Assembly (NCBI GenBank): GCA_002411015.1
Contig: DHPY01000035.1
Coordinates: 24,118-88,117, forward strand
DNA: 64,000 nucleotides
Direction: 5' to 3'
Origin: Armatimonadetes bacterium UBA5352
Lineage (GTDB): Bacteria; Armatimonadota; Zipacnadia; Zipacnadales; UBA5352
Under the pieces are notes generated by a model. The model was not told the origin of the DNA, searched no databases, and was given only the letters and a program-made list of their open reading frames with translations. Positions 53,602-64,000 of this stretch are shown here, in pieces. Position 1 is the first letter of the stretch, and each line of letters opens with the position of its first letter. Position numbers and translations under genes: made by a program.

Positions 53602-54669
53602 TCAGGCCACGGTGACGTCCTCGCACAGATACACGTCCTGGATCGCGTTGAGCAGCTTCACGCCCTCGCTCATCGGCCGCTGGAACGCCTTCCGGCCTGA
53701 GATCAGGCCCATCCCGCCCGCGCGCTTGTTGATCACGGCGGTCCGCACCGCCTGCGCCAGGTCGTTCTCCCCCGCCGACGCGCCGCCGGAGTTGATCAGG
53801 CCAATCCGGCCCATGTAGCAGTTCACGACCTGCCAGCGAGTCCACTCGATCGGGTTGTCCGGGATCAGCGTGCCGTCGTAGAGTCGCTTGTCCGTCCGGC
53901 CATACTTGGTGTCCTGCGCCATCGCCGGGTAGCCGCCGTTGTTCTCCGGCTGCTTCTGCTTGATGATATCGGCCTCGATCGTGACGCCCTGGTGGTTCGC
54001 CTGGCCGGTGAGATCGGCCGACAGCTGGTAATCCTTGTCGCGATTGAACTCGCTGTTGCGCAGGTAGGTCCACAGGACCGTGAACATCCCGAGTTCATGC
54101 GCGTGCTGGAAGGCCTCCGTCGTCTCCTGCACCTGCCGGTCGCTGTTCTCCGAGCCGTAGTAGATCGTGGCCCCAACGCCCGCCGCCCCAAGATCCCACG
54201 CCTGTTCCACGCTCCCGTAGTAGACCTGGTCATACTCGTTCGGGTAGCGCAGAAGCTCACTGTGATTGAGCTTCACGATGAACGGGATCCGGTGCGCGTA
54301 CTTGCGGCTCACCGCGCCCAGCACCCCGAGCGTCGAGGCGACGCCGTTGCAGCCGCCCTCCATCGCCAGCTCAACGATCTTCGCCGGATCGAAGTACTCC
54401 GGGTTCGGCGCGAAGGCCGAGGCCGCACTGTGCTCGACGCCCTGATCTACCGGCAGAATGGAGACATAGCCCGTTCGCGCCAGCCGCCCGTGGTTCCACA
54501 GCCGGCACAGGTTCGTCAGCACGCGCGTCGAGCGGTCCGTCTGCCACAGCACCCGCTCCGGGAAATCCGGCCCGGGCAGGTGCAGCTTCTCGCGACTGAT
54601 ACCCGTCGCCTGGTACTCCAGCAGCCCGCGCTCTTCGCCCAGCAGTTCACCGATCTGGTCTCTGGTCAT
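53602..54669 (-). CDS. fbaB: Class I fructose-bisphosphate aldolase (FbaB/DhnA)
   Basis: [46 protein letters not shown]. Confidence 0.95.
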   Translation of the reverse strand: MTRDQIGELLGEERGLLEYQATGISREKLHLPGPDFPERVLWQTDRSTRVLTNLCRLWNHGRLARTGYVSILPVDQGVEHSAASAFAPNPEYFDPAKIVELAMEGGCNGVASTLGVLGAVSRKYAHRIPFIVKLNHSELLRYPNEYDQVYYGSVEQAWDLGAAGVGATIYYGSENSDRQVQETTEAFQHAHELGMFTVLWTYLRNSEFNRDKDYQLSADLTGQANHQGVTIEADIIKQKQPENNGGYPAMAQDTKYGRTDKRLYDGTLIPDNPIEWTRWQVVNCYMGRIGLINSGGASAGENDLAQAVRTAVINKRAGGMGLISGRKAFQRPMSEGVKLLNAIQDVYLCEDVTVA

Positions 54670-54790
54670 CGTAGCTCTCCCTCACCATCCACGCCCGCCT
54701 CAATGCCGATCTGTCATCCCTATATTCCCCGACCCGCGGGCCGAACCCTCCTGCCCGGCGCCGTCACCTGGGCCGATTTCCGCGGTGCCC

Positions 54791-55720
54791 TCAGAGGTTC
54801 TGCAGCTCCAGTGCCTCGAAGCGCACGATCTCGCGCAAAGTCTCGTAGCGCCGCTCAATCTCCGCCAGGTCGAGCCGCTGCAGGCCGCCGAGGCTGAAGC
54901 CCTCGATCGCGGCCGAGGCAATGACAGTGCCGGACGCCATCGCGCGCCGCAGGTTCATGTTGCAGCAGTTGTCCTCGCGCGCCAGCAGTCCGATCATCCC
55001 GCCGGCGAAGCTGTCACCCGCGCCGGTCGGGTCCACCACGTTCGGCAGCGGGTATGAGGGGACCGTGAAGAGGTCATCATCCGAGACGAGGGTCGCCCCG
55101 TACTCGCCCTTCTTCACCACGACCCAGCGTGGACCCATCTCCAGCACCCGCTCAGCCGCCCTGCCGAGGTTCGGTGTGCCCGCAAGCTGCCGCACCTCGG
55201 AGTCATTGAGCAGCGCCAGGTCCACCCGGCCCAGAACCTCCGCCAGCGCAGCCGGCTCGCTCTCGATCCAGTAGTCCATCGTGTCGCACATGACGAAGCA
55301 GGCGTCATTGAGCTGGTCGAGCACCGCAAGCTGCACCTGCGGCTGAATGTTCGCGAGAAAGCAGTAGCGGCTCTCGCGGTAGCGCTCCGGAAGCACCGGG
55401 TGGAACTCCGCGAATACGTTCAGCTCCGTGACCAGGCTCTCTCGCCCCGCCAGGTCGTAGTCATACACGCCGCTCCAGTAGAATGACTTCGCGTCCGGAA
55501 CGCGCTCCACGCCCTCGAGGTCCGCCCCGCGCTCCGCCAGCAGCGCGAGCGCCTCCTGCGGGAAGTCCGCGCCGACCACGCCCACCACCTGCGGCGCCGC
55601 CAGCAGACTCGCCGCCACGGAGGCGTAGGTGGCCGCGCCGCCGACCACGCGATCCGCGGAGCCAAAGGGCGTCTGCACGCTGTCGAGGGCCATCGAACCG
55701 ACGATCACTACATCGCTCAT
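54791..55720 (-). CDS. PfkB family sugar/nucleoside kinase
   Basis: VGSMALD...TP, GGAATY, KKGEYG, DPTGAGDSFAGG. Confidence 0.92.
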   Translation of the reverse strand: MSDVVIVGSMALDSVQTPFGSADRVVGGAATYASVAASLLAAPQVVGVVGADFPQEALALLAERGADLEGVERVPDAKSFYWSGVYDYDLAGRESLVTELNVFAEFHPVLPERYRESRYCFLANIQPQVQLAVLDQLNDACFVMCDTMDYWIESEPAALAEVLGRVDLALLNDSEVRQLAGTPNLGRAAERVLEMGPRWVVVKKGEYGATLVSDDDLFTVPSYPLPNVVDPTGAGDSFAGGMIGLLAREDNCCNMNLRRAMASGTVIASAAIEGFSLGGLQRLDLAEIERRYETLREIVRFEALELQNL

Positions 55721-55743
55721 CCAGGCATTTCCTCCGCGTCACG

Positions 55744-57537
55744 CTACTTCGTCGTGGTGCCATCGGTCGGGCTGATCGCGGGCGCTCGCTCCGGCTCAGC
55801 CGGGTTAAAGACTGCACCGAGCGTCCAGATGAAGAGCTTCGGCAGCGCCGCCAGGCGGGGGAGGCGCTTCGGGTCGAGCGCGGTGCGGTAGAGCCACTCA
55901 AGCCCGCATCGCTGCATCCACACCGGCGCGCGCTTCACCCGCCCGGCCACCACGTCCAGCGTCCCGCCAACGCCCATGCAGACCGGCACCTGCAACTGCT
56001 TCATGTGCGCCTTGATCCACTTCTCCTGCTTCGGGATGCCCATCGCCACGAACAGCGCCGCAGGCTTCGCGGCGCGGATATCCTCAACGATCTGCGCCTG
56101 CTCCTGCTCGTCGAAGTAGCCGTGGTGCTGGTAGACCACGCGCAGACCCGGATACCGCCGCTCGAGGATCGCGGCTGCCTCCTCAGAGACTCCCGGCGCC
56201 GCCCCCAGCAGCGCCACGCTCTTCCCCAGCCTCCCGCAGATCGCGCAGAGCTGCTGCATCATGTCACAGCCGGGCACGCGGCCCGCAACCGGGAAGTCCA
56301 GCATCCGCGCGCAGAGCACCACGCCCTGGCCATCCATCGTGACAAGGTCGGCCTCGTTGATGATCGTGCGAAGCTCCGGGTCCTCCTGAGCGCGCACCAC
56401 CGCTGAGGTGTCGCTGGTCACGATCATGTGCGGCCTGCCGTCGCGGATGAACTCCTCCACACGCGCCAGCGCCTCGTCCATCGTCACCGGGTGCAGGCGC
56501 ACGTTGAACATCTCCACCGTGCGCGGGTCGCCCGCGGCCTCCGCCGGACTCTCGCGCCGCAGCATCCGCAGCACCAGGAAGCCTGCCGGCAACCCGAACG
56601 CGAGCCCCGCCACCAGCACCGCCAGCTTCAGCCACGGTGACTGCGGGATCAGGCTGACCATCAGCAGCCCGAGCAGGCCGAGGTAGACCGCGATCCCGAG
56701 CAGCACCCCGAGCACCTGTGGCGCCGAGTAGCCGCGCCGCAGCAGCACCTCGTGCAGGTGCTGCCGGCGCTCCTCGATCCGCATCCCGCGCAGGCGCGAC
56801 ACGTAGGTGTAGCTCGCGCCGAAGAGCGGCACGCTGATCAGCAGTATCGGCAGCAGCGCGGCAATAGCCGCCGCGTGCTTGAGGGATCCGACGACGGCCA
56901 GCGCGCCGATGATGAAGCCCATCGCGTAGCTGCTCGAGTACGCCGGCCGGTGCGAGATCTGCCCCCAGCGCGGAAGCTGCGCGAGGCAGACCGCCGCCAC
57001 GGCCACGGAGAGCGCCTGCGCCGAGGCTCCTGTCGCCCAGGGGAGCATCCGGCAGATCAGGTAGAAGGTTACGCCGGCGATGCCCGCCACGCCGAAGGAG
57101 ACGCTCGGGATGCTCCCCGCCCTGCCGAAGAGCACCGCGCACAGCAGCAGCCACAGCGCCGTCAGCGGGAAGGACAGCCAGCCCAGCCCGACGACCTGCG
57201 GGGTGAACGGGATCCGCACCGTCTCGATGCGCACGCCGTGCCCGAAGAGCACAGCCGCGCCGATCAGCACGAGCAGGATCCGCGTCGCGCGGGCGATCCC
57301 GAGGACCGATCCGAGCGCCACGAGGAGGTAGATCGCGGTCCCGGTCATGATCGGGACCGTCACCGCAAAGGGCGCGCCTACGGCAAGCAGCACGATCAGC
57401 GGCACAAACAGGAGCACCCCCCTGGCATCGAGCCACGGGGCCGGGTGCTCCTGGTGGCCGGACAGAGTTGCACGAAGCACGCTGGCGAGGCCGAGCGTCC
57501 CGCCGGCAATCAGCACGAAAAGAAGCGCGTCGGTCAT
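55744..57537 (-). CDS. Fusion of degenerate MraY/WecA/TagO-like membrane domain and WecB/TagA/CpsF glycosyltransferase
   Basis: Multi-TM N-terminus with HLHEVL; C-terminal DGQGVV, RVPGCD, VAMGIPKQE, GVGG, RAP.W...GLEW. Confidence 0.85.
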   Translation of the reverse strand: MTDALLFVLIAGGTLGLASVLRATLSGHQEHPAPWLDARGVLLFVPLIVLLAVGAPFAVTVPIMTGTAIYLLVALGSVLGIARATRILLVLIGAAVLFGHGVRIETVRIPFTPQVVGLGWLSFPLTALWLLLCAVLFGRAGSIPSVSFGVAGIAGVTFYLICRMLPWATGASAQALSVAVAAVCLAQLPRWGQISHRPAYSSSYAMGFIIGALAVVGSLKHAAAIAALLPILLISVPLFGASYTYVSRLRGMRIEERRQHLHEVLLRRGYSAPQVLGVLLGIAVYLGLLGLLMVSLIPQSPWLKLAVLVAGLAFGLPAGFLVLRMLRRESPAEAAGDPRTVEMFNVRLHPVTMDEALARVEEFIRDGRPHMIVTSDTSAVVRAQEDPELRTIINEADLVTMDGQGVVLCARMLDFPVAGRVPGCDMMQQLCAICGRLGKSVALLGAAPGVSEEAAAILERRYPGLRVVYQHHGYFDEQEQAQIVEDIRAAKPAALFVAMGIPKQEKWIKAHMKQLQVPVCMGVGGTLDVVAGRVKRAPVWMQRCGLEWLYRTALDPKRLPRLAALPKLFIWTLGAVFNPAEPERAPAISPTDGTTTK

Positions 57538-57556
57538 CAGGTTCCTTCTGGCACCC

Positions 57557-59856
<2,300 letters not shown>

Positions 59857-59913
59857 CAGGGAGCCTCCTTGCCGACTGATGGCGTAAAAGCTACCATCAG
59901 CTGGGCAGTTCCG

Positions 59914-60795
59914 CTAATCGTTCGCCTGCTCCTGCCACCGCTCCTGCAAAATCGCCACGTAATCCCTGAGCGCCTCGCGCCAGTGCCGCAGCGGCGCGAT
60001 GCCCAGCCTCTGAAGTCGCGTGCTCTCCAGCACCGCGCACAGCGGCCGTGCGGTCTCGCTCGGCCACTCGGAGCTCGGGATCCCGGAGATGGGCGTATCG
60101 CCCAGCCCAGCCTCCGCCACCGCCGCCTGTGCAAGCTCAAGGCGAGAGCAGACGCCGGTATTCGTCAGATGGACGATCCCCTCCGCAGGCGTCTCCAGCA
60201 GCCGCCAGAGGCCCTGGGCGAGGTCGGGTGCGTAGGTTGGATGCCCGATCTCATCCTGGACCACGCGCAGGCTCTTCCCTGCCCGTGCGGCCCGCAGGAT
60301 GCTTGCGACGAAGCTCCCGCCACCCGCCCCGAAGAGCCACTGCGTGCGCACGATCAGGTGCCGGGCGACTTTCATGGCCTCAACCTCAGCCGCCAGCTTC
60401 GTGAACCCGTACATGTTAACGGGCGAGGGCATCGAGTCCTCGGTGTAGGGCCGGTCAGAGGCACCGGCGAAGACGTAGTCGGTGCTCACGAACAGCAGCC
60501 TGGCGCCGGTATCGCCGCAGACGGCCGCGACATTGCGGGTAGCGACCTCATTGCCGAGCCGCGCAGCCTCAGGATCGGCAGTGGCTCCGTCAACACTGGT
60601 GTAGGCCGCACAATGCACAACTATGTCGGGGCGCGCGCTGGCAATTGCCCGCCGGGCCTGTTCGGGGAGGCTGAGGTCGGCGTCTGCCCGCGTCAGCGCC
60701 ACAACTGTGGCCCACCCAGGCGCCGATGCGCAGACCTCCTGCCCCAGCATCCCAGACGCGCCGGTGACCGCCACAGTCGCTTCTCGCGCCATCAT
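59914..60795 (-). CDS. rfbD: dTDP-4-dehydrorhamnose reductase
   Basis: VTGASGMLG, AAYTSVD, STDYVF, YGFTK. Confidence 0.92.
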   Translation of the reverse strand: MMAREATVAVTGASGMLGQEVCASAPGWATVVALTRADADLSLPEQARRAIASARPDIVVHCAAYTSVDGATADPEAARLGNEVATRNVAAVCGDTGARLLFVSTDYVFAGASDRPYTEDSMPSPVNMYGFTKLAAEVEAMKVARHLIVRTQWLFGAGGGSFVASILRAARAGKSLRVVQDEIGHPTYAPDLAQGLWRLLETPAEGIVHLTNTGVCSRLELAQAAVAEAGLGDTPISGIPSSEWPSETARPLCAVLESTRLQRLGIAPLRHWREALRDYVAILQERWQEQAND

Positions 60796-60807
60796 TATCA
60801 CGCGCAC

Positions 60808-60919
60808 AGCGTAGCAGTTTGACCCGCTGATGTCAACGAAGCCCGCTCGGTGCAGGACTGTCACCGGACCATGAACAGCCCTGCGTCGCATTGCGTCGGG
60901 AATGGGAGCATGGTATACT
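60808..60919. promoter_or_regulatory. Divergent promoter pair for rfbD operon and rel
   Basis: Minus: TTGACA-N17-TACGCT (60836-60808); plus: TTGCGT-N17-TATACT (60891-60919); both with TGn. Confidence 0.6.
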
Positions 60920-60924
60920 CTGAG

Positions 60925-63159
60925 ATGACCCTAGACCACTGCGAAGCAGGCTCCGAAATGCCCGATCATCCTGAGAATCTCGATGCCGTCCTCGACCGCG
61001 TGTCGGGCTTCTGGTCCGAGGAAGACATTGCGAGGCTCAAGGACGCATACCAGTTCGCGGAGGCCGCCCACAGCGAAGGCCCACCGCGCAAGACCGGTCA
61101 TCCGTTCATCAGCCATCCGTTGGCGGTCGCGGAGATCCTCACGAAGATTGAGGCCGATCCGGCCACGGTCATCGCTGGCCTACTGCATGATGTCGTCGAA
61201 GACACAGATGTCACTATCGAGCAGATAGAGGAACGCTTTGGCGAATCTGTAGCCCAGCTGGTTGACGGCGTCACAACGTTGTCGCGCCTGAGCTTCCAGA
61301 CGCGCCAGGAGCGGCAGGCAGGCAACCTCCGCAAGATGTTCCTCGCCATGGCGGAGGACATCCGCGTCATCCTCATCAAGCTCGCCGATCGGCTCCACAA
61401 CATGCGCACGCTCTACGGCCTCGACGTGGAGAAGCAGCGGGCGATGGCTCAGGAGACCATCCAGATCCTCGCACCGCTCGCCCACCGCCTCGGCATCTGG
61501 CGCTTCAAGTGGGAGCTTGAGGACCTCGCCTTCCGCTACCTCGAGCCGGAGAAGTACTATGAGATCGCCCAGCTTCTTGGCGTCGGCAGACGCGAGCGCG
61601 AAGCGCGGATAGAGGCGGTGCGCGCGGCCGTCCGAGGACGGCTCGAGCAGGCCGGGATCAAAGCCACCGTGCAGGGCCGCGCCAAGCATATCTACTCCAT
61701 CGCGCAGAAGATGGAGAAGCAGGACATCAGCTTCGACCGGATCGCCGACCTCGCCGCGATCCGCATCATCGTCGATACCGTTGCCGACTGCTACGCGGCG
61801 CTCGGGCTTGTGCACCAGCTCTGGATCCCCATCCAGGGGATGTTCACCGACTACATCGCGAAGCCCAAGTCAAACAAGTACCAGTCGCTGCACACGAAGG
61901 TCATCGGGCCGGACAAGCAGCCGCTGGAGGTCCAGATCCGCACCTGGGACATGCACCGCGTGGCCGAGTACGGCGTCGCCGCCCACTGGCGCTATAAAGA
62001 GGACGAGGGCACGGTGGGCTCCGACGACCAGATCGCCCTGCTCCGCCAGGTCATCGAGCTTGAGACCGACCTCACGGAGAGCCACGAGTTCCTCGAGCTC
62101 CTCCAGATGGACCTGTTCAACGACCAGGTCTTCGTCTTCACTCCCGACGGCGACGTGATTGACCTCCCGGCCGGCGCAGGCCCCATAGACTTTGCCTACC
62201 GGGTGCATACCGAGGTCGGGCATCGCTGCGTCGGCGCCCGCGTGAACGGACGGCAGGTGCCGCTCAGCTACACCTTCCGCAACGGCGACATCGCCGAGAT
62301 CATCACCTCGCCGAACTCGGAGCCCAGCCGCGACTGGATGGAGCTCGTCAAGAGCTCGCGGGCGAAGTCCAAGATCCGTCACTTCCTGCGCGCGAACATG
62401 CGCGCGGAGAATGTCGCCGCGGGCCGCGAAGCACTCCGCAGGTCCCTCGAAGCCCAGCCCCCGAAGCTCCGCCGCCTGATCGACATCGAGAAGCTCGAGC
62501 CGCTGCTCGAGAGCTTCGGCTTCCGCGAGAAGGACGACCTGCTGGCCGCGGTCGGCTACGGCGACATCGAGGCCGACACGGTCGTGCGCAACCTGATCGC
62601 GCTGGAGGACGTGCAGCCGGGAAGCCTTGCCGAGGAGGTCGAGCGCGTCCTCGCGGAGAGCGGCTCCTCGGCGACGAAGACGTCAGGGATCCCGGCGATC
62701 TCCGTCGACGGCGTCAACGGCTTCCAGTGCAGGCGCTCGAGGTGCTGCTCACCGCTGCCCGGCGATGAGATCAAGGGCTACATCACGCGCGGCAGAGGCC
62801 TCACGATCCACCGCGGCGACTGCAAGAACCTCAGGTACCACGAGCGCATAGACCCGGCGCGGGTGATCCCCCTCGCATGGGCTGCGCAGGATCGCAAGGC
62901 GGTCTTCCAGCACGAGCTTGAGATCGTGGCGGTAGACCGCGTCGGCCTCTTCTCGCATATCGCCGCCGTGGTCGCGGAGTGCGGGATCAACATCGCGACA
63001 GCCAACGCCAGCGTCGCCGACTCCGGGGTAGCCCACCTCAACATGCGCCTCGACATCCGCCGCCGCCAGGACCTCGACCACGTTCTGGAGCGCCTCAGGT
63101 CGCTCATCGACGTCATCAGCGTTCGCCAACTCTCCCTCGCGCGTAACTCCACGTCGTGA
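60925..63159 (+). CDS. rel: Bifunctional (p)ppGpp synthetase/hydrolase Rel/SpoT
   Basis: LLHDVVEDT (HD), KLADRLHNMRT, YQSLHT, TGS (DFAYRVHT), CCSPLPGD, ACT domain; alternative start 60958. Confidence 0.96.
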   Translation: MTLDHCEAGSEMPDHPENLDAVLDRVSGFWSEEDIARLKDAYQFAEAAHSEGPPRKTGHPFISHPLAVAEILTKIEADPATVIAGLLHDVVEDTDVTIEQIEERFGESVAQLVDGVTTLSRLSFQTRQERQAGNLRKMFLAMAEDIRVILIKLADRLHNMRTLYGLDVEKQRAMAQETIQILAPLAHRLGIWRFKWELEDLAFRYLEPEKYYEIAQLLGVGRREREARIEAVRAAVRGRLEQAGIKATVQGRAKHIYSIAQKMEKQDISFDRIADLAAIRIIVDTVADCYAALGLVHQLWIPIQGMFTDYIAKPKSNKYQSLHTKVIGPDKQPLEVQIRTWDMHRVAEYGVAAHWRYKEDEGTVGSDDQIALLRQVIELETDLTESHEFLELLQMDLFNDQVFVFTPDGDVIDLPAGAGPIDFAYRVHTEVGHRCVGARVNGRQVPLSYTFRNGDIAEIITSPNSEPSRDWMELVKSSRAKSKIRHFLRANMRAENVAAGREALRRSLEAQPPKLRRLIDIEKLEPLLESFGFREKDDLLAAVGYGDIEADTVVRNLIALEDVQPGSLAEEVERVLAESGSSATKTSGIPAISVDGVNGFQCRRSRCCSPLPGDEIKGYITRGRGLTIHRGDCKNLRYHERIDPARVIPLAWAAQDRKAVFQHELEIVAVDRVGLFSHIAAVVAECGINIATANASVADSGVAHLNMRLDIRRRQDLDHVLERLRSLIDVISVRQLSLARNSTS

Positions 63160-63280
63160 CGGCGCAACCTTCAGGCGTGAGACCACTCTAATCGTTCGGG
63201 GTCGCAGTACCCAGTCGTCCGCAACGGTCGCATCCGCATCCCTGCGCGCAAGCGCGCCCAGAATATGAGGTGTTCCGCCA

Positions 63281-64000
63281 GTGGGAGTTCCCCTTGTTGA
63301 CCTGCAGTTGCAGTACCAGGGCATCAAAGACGAGGTGATGAGCGCGTTCGAAGAGGCCCTTGCGTCCATGCACCTGGCGCTCGGGCCGAACTGCGACGCG
63401 TTTGAGCAGGAGTTCTCGGAGTTCTGCGCCGTCCCGCACACCATCGGCGTCGCGAGCGGCACGGACGCCCTCCAGCTCCTCCTGCATGCGCACGGCATCG
63501 GCCCGGGCGATGAGGTCATCACCTCCTCGTTCACCTTCATCGCCACCATCGAGGCCATCGTGCTCCTCGGCGCCACGCCGGTCCTCGCCGACATAGAACC
63601 CGAGTCATTCTGCCTCGACCCGGCCGAGGTCGCGGAGAGGATCACGCCCCGCACGCGCGCGATCATGCCCGTGCACCTCTACGGCCACCCGGCGGACATG
63701 GACGCCTTCGCGGAGATCATCGGCGGCAGCGACATCAAGCTTCTGGAGGATGCCGCGCAGGCGCATGGCGCGCTCTACAGGGGCCGCCCGGCCGGAGGCC
63801 TCGGCGATGGCGCCGCGTTCAGCTTCTACCTGAGCAAGAACCTCGCGGCCTACGGTGAGGCCGGGGCGATCACGGTCTGCGATGAGGCCATTGACGACAT
63901 CATCCGCCACCTGCGCGTGCATGGCAGCCGCGAGCGCTATGTGCACCGCATGATCGGCTACAACAGCCGCATAGATGAGCTGCAGGCCGCTGTGCTGCGG
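63281..64000 (+). CDS. DegT/DnrJ/EryC1/StrS aminotransferase (3' truncated by window edge)
   Basis: GTG-GVPLVDL, SGTDAL, GPGDEVIT, EDAAQAHGA, FSFYLSKNL; GAGGTG RBS; absent from ORF track because it has no stop in the window. Confidence 0.9.
   Translation, partial: MGVPLVDLQLQYQGIKDEVMSAFEEALASMHLALGPNCDAFEQEFSEFCAVPHTIGVASGTDALQLLLHAHGIGPGDEVITSSFTFIATIEAIVLLGATPVLADIEPESFCLDPAEVAERITPRTRAIMPVHLYGHPADMDAFAEIIGGSDIKLLEDAAQAHGALYRGRPAGGLGDGAAFSFYLSKNLAAYGEAGAITVCDEAIDDIIRHLRVHGSRERYVHRMIGYNSRIDELQAAVLR

Overview
High-GC bacterial chromosomal window, densely coding on both strands. I found no rRNA, tRNA, CRISPR array, prophage or classical transposase. Gene style suggests an anaerobic, Armatimonadota-like organism (inference only). 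Housekeeping genes: gltX, rimO, ftsK, trpF, rpsE, tgt, queA, a tandem-fused double uvrA, ahcY, rfbD, rel. There is a cysK + COG1900/NIL-ferredoxin sulfur amino-acid operon and many sugar or amino-sugar enzymes (xylulokinase, xylose isomerase-like, transaldolase, class I and II aldolases, PfkB kinases, three Gfo/Idh/MocA and three DegT-family enzymes). The most notable unexplained structures are: (1) a DUF559 endonuclease gene bracketed by ~74-bp palindromic inverted repeats, with a third family member read in-frame inside uvrA, suggesting a DUF559/REP-like mobile system; (2) two unannotated Met-containing leader ORFs with hairpins, plus a SAM-clan-like structured element, in the Cys/homocysteine operon; (3) a stand-alone, diverged rpsE; (4) an orphan methyltransferase coupled to ftsK; (5) an in-frame TGA in a UroD-family gene; (6) a probable CTG start for an OmpR-family regulator. 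All protein calls come from motif recognition by eye, not from database searches.
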